A stretch of DNA of 64,000 nucleotides from an uncultured bacterium (GCA_963701205.1 OY969575.1:975932-1039931), one strand, 5' to 3'; positions 16,702 to 26,602 are shown, counted from the stretch's first letter. A program made the numbers and translations. The notes: generated by a model not told the origin, from the sequence alone.

Positions 16702-17829
16702 TTATCGGGAGCCGAGGCTTTGATAGAGCGCGAGCGTGGCGGCCGCGACCCGATCCCATGAGTATGGCCCGGCCGCTGCCGCTGCCGCGGCGCCCTCCAG
16801 GCGAGCGAGCTCGGCGGCGTCACCCAGGAGTCGGCTGAGCGTCGCGGCGAGCTCGTCGCGGTCGCCGGGATGCACAAGCGCGATCGTCTGGCCGCCGTCG
16901 CCCCCCGAAGCCGCCACCTCGCCGAATCCGCCGACATCGCTGGCGACGATCGCCTTGCCAAATGCCAGCGCGGTGGCCAGGACACCGGACTGCTCCGCGT
17001 CCCGGTAGGGCAGGGCGACCACCGCAGCCGCGCGAAAAATGGCCGGCACATCGAGATCATCAACGAAGCGGGTCACGATCCGTACGCGCCCGGGAGCGGC
17101 GGCGGCCAGGCGCTCAAGGTCCCCCGGATCGACGCCGAGTGGACGCCCGACGATCCAGAGCTCCGCCCCATGGCCCACCTCCGCAAAGGCCCGGAGCAAT
17201 ACATCCACTCCCTTGTACGGGCGGATCAGGCCAAAGCTCAGGACCACCGGACCGCCTGCGCCCTGAAGTTCGGAGATAAGCGGACGTTCCGGGAGCCGAG
17301 TCAAGTAGTCAAACACGCCGTGTGGAATCACGGCGATTCGCGCCGGATCGACCTTGGCGTCGCCTCGCAGGCGCGCCGCGCCGTATTCCGACAACGCAAT
17401 CACCGCGTCCATGCGCTCGAGTGCCCGCCGCGGGCCGCGCGTACTGCCGCCCTCGGCGCCGCGGAGAAAACCGTGGGTGGTCCAAACCTTGGCAGGGCGC
17501 TTCGGCATCAGATATCGATCGAGGCCAGGGAGCGTCAGCCACTGGTAGTTGAGGACGTCGAAGGCCGCCGCGGCGCGGCGGTGCCGGATCATCCCCGGTA
17601 GGTGCTCGGCCAGTCCAAGCGCGCGGCGCTGAACGCTTCCGGTTGGCAATCCTGACGACCGGGGATAGAAGGCCTCGTTGAGCGCATAGCCGGATGCCCC
17701 GGGCCGCGCACCGTGAACGAACCGGGACGTCAGGAGCTCGACCTCCGCTCCCTGGCGGGCCAAGGCCGCGGCAAGTGCGTGGTCGAAAGGTGGCGTTTGT
17801 GCCGCCGGATCGACGATTTGTACGCGCAT
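16702..17829 (-). CDS. glycosyltransferase family 4 (GT-B)
   Basis: ORF 16702..17859. ATG 17829 (MRVQIVDPA) fits GT4 N-termini. C-terminal E-x7-E-type region (PYRDAEQSGVLATALAFGKAIVASDVGGFGE). Confidence 0.8.
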   Translation of the reverse strand: MRVQIVDPAAQTPPFDHALAAALARQGAEVELLTSRFVHGARPGASGYALNEAFYPRSSGLPTGSVQRRALGLAEHLPGMIRHRRAAAAFDVLNYQWLTLPGLDRYLMPKRPAKVWTTHGFLRGAEGGSTRGPRRALERMDAVIALSEYGAARLRGDAKVDPARIAVIPHGVFDYLTRLPERPLISELQGAGGPVVLSFGLIRPYKGVDVLLRAFAEVGHGAELWIVGRPLGVDPGDLERLAAAAPGRVRIVTRFVDDLDVPAIFRAAAVVALPYRDAEQSGVLATALAFGKAIVASDVGGFGEVAASGGDGGQTIALVHPGDRDELAATLSRLLGDAAELARLEGAAAAAAAGPYSWDRVAAATLALYQSLGSR

Positions 17830-17846
17830 CAACGACGATTCTCCCC

Positions 17847-18803
17847 GTGGAGCTCTCATTCTGCATCGTCAACACGAACGGGCGCGAGCACTTGCAACGC
17901 TGCCTGGCTTCAATCGAGGCGAATTGGCCCGCCGATATCGAGGCCGAAGTGCTCGTCGTGGACAACGCATCAGATGACGGCTCCGCCGACGCAGCGCGCG
18001 CGTTCGCGGCTGCCCATCCGGAACTCGGAACACGCTTTCGTTTGATCGAAAACGCTCGGCGGCTCGGCAAAGCCGACAACGACAGCACCTTGCTTTCCGA
18101 AGCTTCTGGCGAATACGCGCTGCTCTTGAACGAGGACTCCGAGATCTTGCCCGGCTGCGCCGAGGCTCTGCTCGGCGCTTTGCGCGCCGACCCCGCCGCC
18201 GCTGCTGCTGGCGCACAGTTGCTGGGCCCGGACGGGTCCCGGTCGGCGTGTGCATGGCGCCTGCCCGGAGTGGCCACCGCACTCGCCCAGGCCACCTTTA
18301 CGCACCGGCTCTTCGTCACCCAGAGCGGCACGACGGCCCGTGAGGTGGGCTGGGTTCAGTCCGCAGCGATGCTCGTGCGCCGGGACGCAGCGGCGCAGGT
18401 CGGCTACTTGGACAGCGCCTTCTTCGTCTATTCCGACGAGACCGACTTCTGCAAGCGCCTCCACGATGCCGGCTGGCGAATCCTGTTTTCGCCCGAGGCT
18501 GAGGCCATTCACCACGAACAGCTGACGACCGACACTGCCCAAGGATCTCGCCGGGCGGTTGAGTTTCACCGCAACCGCGACCTCTACATGCGAAAGCACC
18601 ACTCCCCGCTTGCGGCTTGGTTTGTTCGCGCCCTGACCGCCTGGAACTACGCCGCGCGGACCGCGGTCGCGCTGGTGTTGCCCGGGCGCGCCGCGAGTCG
18701 CTATTGGCTGCACGCCCGGTTGGCAATCCGGCCGCAGGGCGAGGGGGTCCGCGAGGTGGCGGCCGCCCACAACGCGCAGCTCGACCGGGAGCGTTCGGTT
18801 TGA
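17847..18803 (+). CDS. glycosyltransferase family 2
   Basis: ORF 17694..18803. GTG 17847 sits just before the GT2 core (LSFCIVNTNGREHL...VLVVDNASDDGS...LNEDSE). The longer version would overlap the divergent GT4 gene. Confidence 0.75.
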   Translation: MELSFCIVNTNGREHLQRCLASIEANWPADIEAEVLVVDNASDDGSADAARAFAAAHPELGTRFRLIENARRLGKADNDSTLLSEASGEYALLLNEDSEILPGCAEALLGALRADPAAAAAGAQLLGPDGSRSACAWRLPGVATALAQATFTHRLFVTQSGTTAREVGWVQSAAMLVRRDAAAQVGYLDSAFFVYSDETDFCKRLHDAGWRILFSPEAEAIHHEQLTTDTAQGSRRAVEFHRNRDLYMRKHHSPLAAWFVRALTAWNYAARTAVALVLPGRAASRYWLHARLAIRPQGEGVREVAAAHNAQLDRERSV

Positions 18804-18823
18804 CAGCCGCATCAGCCGAAGTG

Positions 18824-19573
18824 ATGGCCGCATTCGAACTCGAGCGGCTGATGCACAAGGCGGCGTCCAAACGGCTCGAGCGAACCCCGTCCGGGTTCGT
18901 TTGCGCCAACCCGCAGTTGCCAATGGTCTGGGACGCCAGCCGGGTGCAGGTCGAACCCGACGGCGAGATTCCTTCCGTCGAAGGCGTACTCGAACTTTGC
19001 GAGCTTCCCGAGGAGTGGTTCGGAGGGTTCCACCACCGCTTGATCTACATCGCTGAATCGTCTGAGGGCCGGGAGTTAGCCTGGTCTCTTGCAAAGCAGG
19101 GCTGGCAGCTTGGCGAGCAGGCGCTGATGATTTGCCGCAACCCGCCGGCGTCGGTGCCAAGAAACGCCAGGCGCGTCGAGGGCGCAACGATGCGCAACCT
19201 GAAGGGCAGACTCGGTGTCGAACAGGGCCTACCGCCTGATTCGATCGCCCAGTTCGACCGCTACGACGAGTTGCGCTCGCGCGCCGCGGCCAGACTGACC
19301 TATGCGGGGTTCGAAAGCAAAACGCCACTCGCGGTCGCCGATATGTACCTGCGCGGGGACATTGCCGTCATCGAAGACGTGGCCACGCTTCGCCGTGGGC
19401 GCCGGCGCGGATTTGCCAGCGCCGCTGTCCTCGCGGCCACGGCGGGAGCGTTGCGGCTGAGCGCGCGCGCCGTCTACCTGTTTGCGGAACCGCAGATCGC
19501 CAAGACGTTCTACGAGCCGATCGGCTTCGAGCGGATCGGCGGCGCGTTCAAGTGCCAGCGCGAGCGAAGCTGA
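18824..19573 (+). CDS. GNAT-family acetyltransferase-like protein
   Basis: ORF 18617..19573. ATG 18824 follows the GT2 stop by 20 nt. C-terminal acetyl-CoA-binding-like segment (IEDVATLRRGRRRGFASAAV...FYEPIGFERIG). Confidence 0.55.
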   Translation: MAAFELERLMHKAASKRLERTPSGFVCANPQLPMVWDASRVQVEPDGEIPSVEGVLELCELPEEWFGGFHHRLIYIAESSEGRELAWSLAKQGWQLGEQALMICRNPPASVPRNARRVEGATMRNLKGRLGVEQGLPPDSIAQFDRYDELRSRAAARLTYAGFESKTPLAVADMYLRGDIAVIEDVATLRRGRRRGFASAAVLAATAGALRLSARAVYLFAEPQIAKTFYEPIGFERIGGAFKCQRERS

Positions 19574-19580
19574 GCCAGCG

Positions 19581-21107
19581 CTAGACGCCGCCGCGATCCG
19601 CGTCGCGCTGGGCCTGCTCGATGGTGTCCAGCGCTCCTTCTCCGCGACCGCCGGCCCTGACGCTGGCGAACAATGAGTTCAGGCGCGCACGTTCGTCGTC
19701 GGTCAGGAAGCCGGTGATGAGCAGCGCCGCGGGGTAGGCGGCACAAAGCCCGATCACCGCGGCCAGGCCGGCAATCCCATCGTGGGCCACGAAGAGTTCG
19801 CCGGTAGCGATCAACAGCGCCCCCCAGCCGATCGCGAGGCCCAGGCGACCCCACTCGTAAGGAACGAAGAAGAGCCGCCGCACGATCTGGTGCATCAGCG
19901 CTACCACCACTAGGTAGGAGACCAGCAGTGCGACGCCCGCGCCGATAATTCCGTGGTCGGGCACGAGGATCAGGTTGAGCGCAATATTCACCCCAACCGC
20001 AACCAGGGTCGGGGGAAACGAAAGCTCAGTGCGACCGGTCCGGCCGAGGATCACCACGAGGACCAGGTAAAGGGCGTACAGCCCTGTGCCGGCGGCGAGC
20101 GGGCCCACAGCCTCGTGGGCGGCGGCGTAGCGATCATCGGTCAGCAGGCGCACAAGCCACGGCGCGAGCAGCCAGAGCGAAACCACGGCAAAGGTCGAGA
20201 CGGCGACGAACCAGCTGACGATCAGCGCGTAGGCGCCGCGGGCCTCGTCGTCATCGGTGATCGAGTACGCGAGTGGCGGCCAGGCCAAATGGAAGCCGCG
20301 GACCAGGACCTGCATCCCGTTCGCGAACTTGACCGCAATCGCGTAAAGGCCTGCGGCAGCCAGGCCTTCCTTGCCGCCGATCACTCGGACGATGATGATC
20401 CGGTCAATGAAGCTCAGCGAGTAGAGGGTCAGCTCGGCCGGCATTGTCGGCAGACCGAACCGCAGCATCCGGCGCAGCAGGCCACGGTCCACGCGGAAGC
20501 CGAGTCGATGGCGTTCAACCCACAGCCGCCCCAGCAAGAAGAGCACTCCCGTGCCAAAGTTGCCCAGCAAGATCGCTGACGCGCCCAGGTCGGTGCTGAC
20601 GACAAGGGCCAGCGTGATCGGGATCGTGACAACGACGGCTGCGATCGTGAAGCTGAAGTAGGCGCGGGCGCGTTCGTCGAGTCGCAGCAGGGTGAGCGCG
20701 TACTCCCAAAGCGTCAGCTGCCAAAGGCCAACGATTGCGAGCCTCACCAGCCCCGCGTCGGAGCGCCCGTCCAAGAACAGCTCGGACAGGGGCTCCGCGA
20801 ACGGCAACGCAATCAGGGCGGCCGCGCTCGTCGTCCAAAAGAGCGAGGCAAATCCCGTCCTGACCACGTCATCGGATCGCTCGCCGCCCAGGTAATAGAA
20901 CCGCAACACGGCCTCGATCACGCCGAGGCGAACGATGATCGATGCCGCCACCAGCGACGCGATCATGACCTCGGCAGCGCCGTAGTCGTCCGGGCTCAGG
21001 TACGCCGTGTAAACAGGGAGCAGGACAACCGCGATCAACTTCGACAGGACGCTGGAAGCGGTGTAGGCCGCTCCCGTGGTTGCGAGTCGCCGCAGATGTC
21101 CGAACAT
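19581..21107 (-). CDS. Wzx-type polysaccharide flippase (MOP superfamily)
   Basis: ORF 19581..21149. ATG 21107 (MFGHLRRLATTGAAY) avoids overlap with the upstream gene. At least 12 predicted TM segments, typical polysaccharide-biosynthesis-protein layout. Confidence 0.75.
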   Translation of the reverse strand: MFGHLRRLATTGAAYTASSVLSKLIAVVLLPVYTAYLSPDDYGAAEVMIASLVAASIIVRLGVIEAVLRFYYLGGERSDDVVRTGFASLFWTTSAAALIALPFAEPLSELFLDGRSDAGLVRLAIVGLWQLTLWEYALTLLRLDERARAYFSFTIAAVVVTIPITLALVVSTDLGASAILLGNFGTGVLFLLGRLWVERHRLGFRVDRGLLRRMLRFGLPTMPAELTLYSLSFIDRIIIVRVIGGKEGLAAAGLYAIAVKFANGMQVLVRGFHLAWPPLAYSITDDDEARGAYALIVSWFVAVSTFAVVSLWLLAPWLVRLLTDDRYAAAHEAVGPLAAGTGLYALYLVLVVILGRTGRTELSFPPTLVAVGVNIALNLILVPDHGIIGAGVALLVSYLVVVALMHQIVRRLFFVPYEWGRLGLAIGWGALLIATGELFVAHDGIAGLAAVIGLCAAYPAALLITGFLTDDERARLNSLFASVRAGGRGEGALDTIEQAQRDADRGGV

Positions 21108-21120
21108 CAGCCCGCCAGCC

Positions 21121-22590
21121 TCACTCGCGAAACGAGATCCCAAGCGCAAGCAGCGCCCAGGTCGCCGGGTCGATCAGAAAACCGGCGTAGCCCAGCGAAT
21201 GGATGACGAGGGCCGCAAAACAGGCTGCGATTCCTGCTCGTACCGGGTCCGTTGCCGGCCACGGCCGCAAAAACAGCAGGGCTGAAAACGCAAGGATCGC
21301 CGCGTAGGGGATCAAGCCGATCAGACCTTGCTCGGCGGCCACGGTTACGGGCTCGTTGTGCGAGACGGGTCGTTCGATCGGCTCGATCTCGCGCCGAAAG
21401 GAGATTGCAAAACCGCCCGATCCCTGCCCAATCAGGGGCTGGGACTCGAACAGGTCGATCCCGCCCGAGATCAGGCTCGTGCGGCCGCTCGAAAGTTCGG
21501 CCAAATCGTCGCGGTCGCGATCAACCGTCGTGTCGCTCGGTACGTCGATCAAGACGAGCGCAAGCAGCCCGACCGCAAGCAGGGCGGATGCGCCGGCCAG
21601 GCCGCGGATTCCAAAGCGAAACCACATGAGCAGGCCGAGCGCGGGGGCCAGGGCCGCAAAGCTCGTTTGCGAGTAGGTCAGCGCCAGGGCCACCAGGATC
21701 GCGCACGCCGCCAGCGCGCCGCCGAGCGCGGCTCGAGGTCCCCGGCGCCAGGCGATCCAGGCGCCGAGCGCGACGATCGCAAACCCGAGGGTGCGGCCCA
21801 GCACATTGGGATCGCGAAAGACGGAGTTGGCGCGGAAGTAGAGGTGCAGCTGGTTCGCATCCTGAAGATCCTTGTTGAAGATCAGATCGCGAGAGAAATG
21901 CTGGATCACGGCCAGGGCCGAGAAGGCGAGCGCCGCCGCGACCGACGCGATCAGGACATGGCCCACGAGCCCCCTGTGCCAGTTCAGGTCACGCAGCAAG
22001 ACGAGAAGCGCCGCGAACGGGCACAAAAAGAACGCCACGTTGGTGATCGCGTTGTCCGGGTCGTCGGTCCAGGCCATGCCGATCGCGTAGACGACCAGCG
22101 CCAGAGCGAGCGCGTAGCCAAGAAGGCGCACAATCGGCTCTTGACCGGTGCGAGGCGAGCCACGCTGGTCCAACTCCTCACCGCGCCCCTTGACGACCAG
22201 CCACGCTCCACGCAACCAACCACCGGCGATGACTCCGTAGAGCGGAACCAGGAGGAAGTTCGTTTCCGAGCCAACCTGCACGGGAATGCGCAGCGCGATG
22301 ACAGCAAAGGCCGCGATCGCCAGAAACCCGGGATTGCGTACAAAGGTCGCTGCCGTCGCGGCAAGCGCTGTCGCCGCGAGAACGGCTGCCAGCACCAAAA
22401 CGGCCGGTTGGCTGCGCAGGTCCTCGAATCGGGGCTGATCCCAGACCTGACCGCCAACCAGACCCAGCGCCGCGAGCAGCCCGACGCCAATCGCGACGTA
22501 ACGGGCCGCGGTCGAACGCAGGCAAAGACCTGCGCCCGCGGCGGCGCAGGCGATGATTGCCACGACGACCTGAACCGGCTCGGCGCTCAC
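21121..22590 (-). CDS. O-antigen ligase/Wzy-like polymerase family membrane protein
   Basis: 489-aa polytopic ORF, GTG start in a GTGA overlap. Wzy_C-like loop (SHNEPVTVAAEQGLIGLIPY). Confidence 0.7.
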   Translation of the reverse strand: MSAEPVQVVVAIIACAAAGAGLCLRSTAARYVAIGVGLLAALGLVGGQVWDQPRFEDLRSQPAVLVLAAVLAATALAATAATFVRNPGFLAIAAFAVIALRIPVQVGSETNFLLVPLYGVIAGGWLRGAWLVVKGRGEELDQRGSPRTGQEPIVRLLGYALALALVVYAIGMAWTDDPDNAITNVAFFLCPFAALLVLLRDLNWHRGLVGHVLIASVAAALAFSALAVIQHFSRDLIFNKDLQDANQLHLYFRANSVFRDPNVLGRTLGFAIVALGAWIAWRRGPRAALGGALAACAILVALALTYSQTSFAALAPALGLLMWFRFGIRGLAGASALLAVGLLALVLIDVPSDTTVDRDRDDLAELSSGRTSLISGGIDLFESQPLIGQGSGGFAISFRREIEPIERPVSHNEPVTVAAEQGLIGLIPYAAILAFSALLFLRPWPATDPVRAGIAACFAALVIHSLGYAGFLIDPATWALLALGISFRE

Positions 22591-23039
22591 TCGTGCGCTC
22601 CCCTGCGGTCGCAGACGCCGGCCCTTTGGCCTCCGCGAGGCGTCACGGTGAGCTTCGTCGGATAGACCATGTCACGACGCTGTCCCGGCAACACCACGCG
22701 CAGCCGGTAGCGCCCGGCAGGAACGAGGCCGCCGTCGTCGTCACGACCGTCCCACTCGTAGCGCACCGACTCGCCATCGATCAGGGCGCGTGAGGCGTCC
22801 AGTGTGCGCACGGGGATCTGGCCGGCGGCGACCATCTGCACGGTGGCGTCGGGCTCATCGAAGCGGACGAAAAACTCGATCTGGGCGCTCTCACCGCGAT
22901 CCAGGCAGGTGCGCAGTTGGGTCACCTCGAGTGCGAGGTCCGGGGTACGAGCGCGATAGACAAGGGCGCCGACAAGAAGCGTCAGGGCGAGCAGCGCGAC
23001 AAGCAGCGCGGCACCGACACGACCCTCACGGTCCGGCAT
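22587..23039 (-). CDS. membrane-anchored FlgD-Ig-like domain protein (hypothetical)
   Basis: 150-aa ORF. N-terminal TM, then a beta-rich domain with YEWDGRDDDGGLVPAGRYRLRVV, the motif typical of FlgD Ig-like/FLgD_ig domains. Confidence 0.45.
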   Translation of the reverse strand: MPDREGRVGAALLVALLALTLLVGALVYRARTPDLALEVTQLRTCLDRGESAQIEFFVRFDEPDATVQMVAAGQIPVRTLDASRALIDGESVRYEWDGRDDDGGLVPAGRYRLRVVLPGQRRDMVYPTKLTVTPRGGQRAGVCDRRGAHE

Positions 23040-23057
23040 CGGTCCCGCTTCGTGTCC

Positions 23058-23864
23058 TCACAGGCGATCCTTGCCCAGGACGACCACCACGTCAGCGTCG
23101 GGCACTGCCGTCTGGGCCTCACGATCGATCGCCTGGACGGCCGCGATCTCCAGCAGCTTCGCGATCCGCTTCGCTGCCCGCTTGGCTGCGGGCTGGTACA
23201 TGACCACGCTCTGATCTGAGTCGCGCACGAGCGTCTGGACCCCACCCGCGAGATAGCCACTCTCAACGACCTGGCGAGAGACTCGACCGCCGATCCCGCC
23301 CGCGGATGTTGTGTTGAGCACCGCCACTGAGATCCCGCCGGGGGCCGTGCCGCTCGCTGACGTGGCCGGCGAGCCGTCGTCGAGGATCTGCTGAACGCCG
23401 ATCACGGCGCCAACGCTCACAACCATCGCAACGAGGGCCACCACGGCCATCCACCGTGGCTGTGTCGCGAGCCTGTTGAAGCGATGCCAGCGCGGATGGG
23501 GATCGAGCGCGGCGCGCTCCATCGTGATTCGCTCAAGCGCGGGGCGCTCGCTGGTCAGCCGATCCACGGGCGTCAGCCCCGCCGGATGAACCTCTGTGAC
23601 CGCCGGTGCCTCACCCGTGCCTGGCACCGGCTCACCGCGGTCGGCGTAAATTCGCTCAAGTTCCAACTCCGCGCGGTCAAGCTGGCGCTCGGAGTTGGCC
23701 ATGTCCGCCCGCGCGTAGTCCGGTGCCTCTGCCATCCAGCGGCGCAGGCGGCGCAGGTCTCGGCGCTGGGAGATGTAGAGCGGGGTCACAAGCAGGACCC
23801 CGACCGCCGACGCGGTCGCGATCAGCGCGGCAACCTCGTGGAACGGAAGCAGATCGGACCCCAC
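23058..23864 (-). CDS. LytR_C domain protein (no LCP catalytic domain), paralogue 1
   Basis: 268-aa ORF. TM, juxtamembrane RRDLRRLRRWMAEAPDY, second TM, C-terminal LytR_C-like block (ISVAVLNTTSAGGIGGRVSRQV...SVVMY). Confidence 0.6.
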   Translation of the reverse strand: MGSDLLPFHEVAALIATASAVGVLLVTPLYISQRRDLRRLRRWMAEAPDYARADMANSERQLDRAELELERIYADRGEPVPGTGEAPAVTEVHPAGLTPVDRLTSERPALERITMERAALDPHPRWHRFNRLATQPRWMAVVALVAMVVSVGAVIGVQQILDDGSPATSASGTAPGGISVAVLNTTSAGGIGGRVSRQVVESGYLAGGVQTLVRDSDQSVVMYQPAAKRAAKRIAKLLEIAAVQAIDREAQTAVPDADVVVVLGKDRL

Positions 23865-23873
23865 CTGAGCCTC

Positions 23874-24692
23874 CTATTCGGGCGTGGTCGCGGTGGCGCC
23901 CTGACCGAAGGTTGAATCGTCCAGACCGACCAGCAGGACCAAAGGCACGCCCTTCACGAGGTCGGCGACCTCCGGCGTCATCGGCACATACTCCACCGGT
24001 CCGAGCGATCCCTCGATTGCGCTAGCCAGTTCCTCGGCATCCGCGTCGGCATCGGTCGCGAACATGATCAAGCTGGCCTCCTCGCCGTTGGGCGCATCGG
24101 TACGAACGCCGATCCGGAACCCTGCAGGCTCGACGACCTGGCTCGCGATTACGTCAGCGAGACCGGCCACTCCGGACACGGGCGCCACCGGATCGTCCAC
24201 CTGGGTGGCGTTGAGAACCGCCACCTTGAGCGGCTTGGGCGGTTCGGCGTCGGGTTCCTGCGTCCCGCTGCGATCCTTGCCTGGCTCGGCGGGCGATGTG
24301 CTCGCGACGGGAGCGGAATCGCCGCCCAACCCGAAGCCGCCCGTTGCGATGCCCAATCCGACGAGGCCAACCGCGACCCCGGCGATTATGAATGCCGGGT
24401 TGATCGGCGAGCGCCGATCAAGTTCCCGCCAGCGTGGGCCCAGCGTCTCGGCAAGCCGAGTGCGAGTGCGCTCAACGAATCCAGGTGCATCCTCGCCGCT
24501 CGTCTCGCCGCGCGCGTCAGCGACAGCCTGCGTCGCCTCGCCGGCCTCAAGCGCCCTCTCGGGAGCTCTCCCGGCCCATTCCCGGAGGCGTCGCACCTCG
24601 CGCGCCTGCAAAACGATCAGTAGGGCCAGAATCGCAAACCCGAGAAACGCGGCGATCCCAAGGATCGGCCCGATGTCCTCGATCAGATCCAT
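23874..24692 (-). CDS. LytR_C domain protein (no LCP catalytic domain), paralogue 2
   Basis: 272-aa ORF with the same layout. TM, REVRRLREWAGRAPE, second TM, LytR_C-like block (LKVAVLNATQVDDPVAPVSGVAGLADVIASQV...ASLIMF). Confidence 0.6.
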   Translation of the reverse strand: MDLIEDIGPILGIAAFLGFAILALLIVLQAREVRRLREWAGRAPERALEAGEATQAVADARGETSGEDAPGFVERTRTRLAETLGPRWRELDRRSPINPAFIIAGVAVGLVGLGIATGGFGLGGDSAPVASTSPAEPGKDRSGTQEPDAEPPKPLKVAVLNATQVDDPVAPVSGVAGLADVIASQVVEPAGFRIGVRTDAPNGEEASLIMFATDADADAEELASAIEGSLGPVEYVPMTPEVADLVKGVPLVLLVGLDDSTFGQGATATTPE

Positions 24693-24706
24693 CGAATCCA
24701 GGCAGT

Positions 24707-26599
24707 CTAGATGTCGAGATCGACTGGGATCGGAGCCGGGCGCTCGGCGATCAGGCCCACGACATGCTCGGCAAGGCCCGTTTGGTCCCCGGCGGCCACG
24801 AGGTCGGTCAGACGATCAACGGTCGTCTCGACCCAATCGGGGTCCAGATTCCCGGCTCGAACCGCGCGAACGATGCGCTCGGCGCTCGTCGGCTGCGCCC
24901 GCTCATCAGCGTTGAAAAGCTCTTCGTGCAGCTTCTCGCCGGGGCGCGGAGAGGTGAACTCGATCGCGATTTCGGTGTCCGGCTCGTATCCGGCCAGCGT
25001 GATCATGTTGCGGGCCAGCTCGACGATCTTGACGGGCTCCCCCATCTCGAGGACGAAGACCTCGCCTGACTCGGCGCCCAGGTCGGCCGACTTGATGACC
25101 AGCTGAACCGCTTCGGGAATCGTCATGAAGTAACGGGTCATGTCCGGATGGGTGACGGTGACCGGCCCACCTTGCTCGATTTGCGCACGGAAAATCGGCA
25201 CCACTGAGCCAGACGAGCCGAGCACGTTGCCGAATCGCACGGAGACGAATCGGGTGGTCGCATGGCGCTGTCCCGCGGCGGCGACGACCCATTCGGCCAT
25301 CGCCTTCGACGCCCCCATGACGGTTTGCGGATTGACCGCCTTGTCGGTCGACACAAGGACGAAGCGGCTCGCGCCGGTCGCGGCGGCTGCCTCGGCGACG
25401 ACGCGCGTGCCGATCGCGTTGTTGCGGACGGCCTCCAGGGGGTTCGACTCCATCAGACCAACGTGCTTGTAGGCAGCGGCATGGAAGACCACGTCCGGGC
25501 GGAAGCGCTGCATTACCTCCGCCATCCGGTCCGCCTCCTTGCAGTCCGCAAGCACGGCCTCGCAACGGGTGAAATGCCAGGTGCTGGTCAGCTCGCGCTC
25601 AATCTGAAAGAGGTTGTCCTCAGCGTGGTCGAGCAGGATCAAGAGCTTTGGATTGACGCGCGAGATCTGACGTGAAAGCTCAGACCCGATCGAGCCTCCG
25701 GCTCCCGTGACCATGACAACCCGGTCCTCAAGGTAGGCCCCGACGCGGTCGAGTTCCATGCGGACCGGGTCACGGCCGAGGACATCCTCCACCTGGACCT
25801 CGCGAAGCTGGCGCGTTAGCTGTACCCCGCCGCGCAGCAGCTCGAACACGGTGGGCAGAGTCCGGACAGGGATCTGGCGCTCACGGCAAGCGGTAACCAC
25901 CTTTGCACGGAGCTCGCCAGGGGCCGACGGAATCGCGATGACAACCTCGTCGGGATTGTGCGTTTCCAGCACCTCCCCAATGTCGTCGGTTGTGCCCAGG
26001 ACCCGGAGGCCCAGCGTTCCCATTCCTCGTTTGCGCGGGTCGTCGTCGAGGAACCCGATCGCACGCAATCCCAGGTTTGGGTTCAGCTGTTGTTCGCGCA
26101 CGACCATCTGCCCACCTGATCCCGCGCCGACCACAAGCTGGGTGCGGGACTTGCGGTCGCGCACGGACTTCGACGGTCGCTCGATCCAGAGTCTGGTCGC
26201 GATCCGTGCACCCGCCAAAAACGCGGTGGTCAGGACGAAATCGAAGATCAGGATGGAGCGCGGCAGGTTGTCGTCAAACGGGGCGACCAGCGTGAACACC
26301 GCGAGCAGCACCACCGTCGCGAGCGCGGTTGCCTTGAGCAGCGCCGGGAAATCGCGGGTCAGGAAGTAGCGCCACCATTTCGAGTGCAAGCCGAGCGCGG
26401 TGAAGATCAGGGCCTTGCCCAGCGCGACGAACCCGATTGACTGCCACAGCATCTCGCCGTAGCGATCCGGCATGCCCGTATCCAGAAAGCGCAGGGCGAA
26501 CGCCAGCGCGAATGCGGCCGCAGCCAAAACGGCATCCGCCAAAAACTGCAGGGCGCGATGCCGGTAGGCCGGGTGGTTGAACCGGCTCATTGTCGTCAA
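24707..26599 (-). CDS. membrane-anchored nucleotide-sugar 4,6-dehydratase (CapD/PglF/WbpM family)
   Basis: 630-aa ORF. 4 N-terminal TMs and two Rossmann segments (VVGAGSGG; VTGAGGSIGSEL). Polysacc_synt_2 core (FHAAAYKHV, NNAIGT, FVLVSTDKAVNP, MGASK). Confidence 0.85.
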   Translation of the reverse strand: MTTMSRFNHPAYRHRALQFLADAVLAAAAFALAFALRFLDTGMPDRYGEMLWQSIGFVALGKALIFTALGLHSKWWRYFLTRDFPALLKATALATVVLLAVFTLVAPFDDNLPRSILIFDFVLTTAFLAGARIATRLWIERPSKSVRDRKSRTQLVVGAGSGGQMVVREQQLNPNLGLRAIGFLDDDPRKRGMGTLGLRVLGTTDDIGEVLETHNPDEVVIAIPSAPGELRAKVVTACRERQIPVRTLPTVFELLRGGVQLTRQLREVQVEDVLGRDPVRMELDRVGAYLEDRVVMVTGAGGSIGSELSRQISRVNPKLLILLDHAEDNLFQIERELTSTWHFTRCEAVLADCKEADRMAEVMQRFRPDVVFHAAAYKHVGLMESNPLEAVRNNAIGTRVVAEAAAATGASRFVLVSTDKAVNPQTVMGASKAMAEWVVAAAGQRHATTRFVSVRFGNVLGSSGSVVPIFRAQIEQGGPVTVTHPDMTRYFMTIPEAVQLVIKSADLGAESGEVFVLEMGEPVKIVELARNMITLAGYEPDTEIAIEFTSPRPGEKLHEELFNADERAQPTSAERIVRAVRAGNLDPDWVETTVDRLTDLVAAGDQTGLAEHVVGLIAERPAPIPVDLDI

Positions 26600-26602
26600 A
26601 GT

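Noticed and set aside
17309-19328. 340-aa and 452-aa minus-strand ORFs opposite the GT4/GT2/GNAT genes
   Set aside because: Arg/Pro/Ala-rich antisense frames overlapping genes with clear glycosyltransferase motifs. Accepting them would break the compact operon structure.
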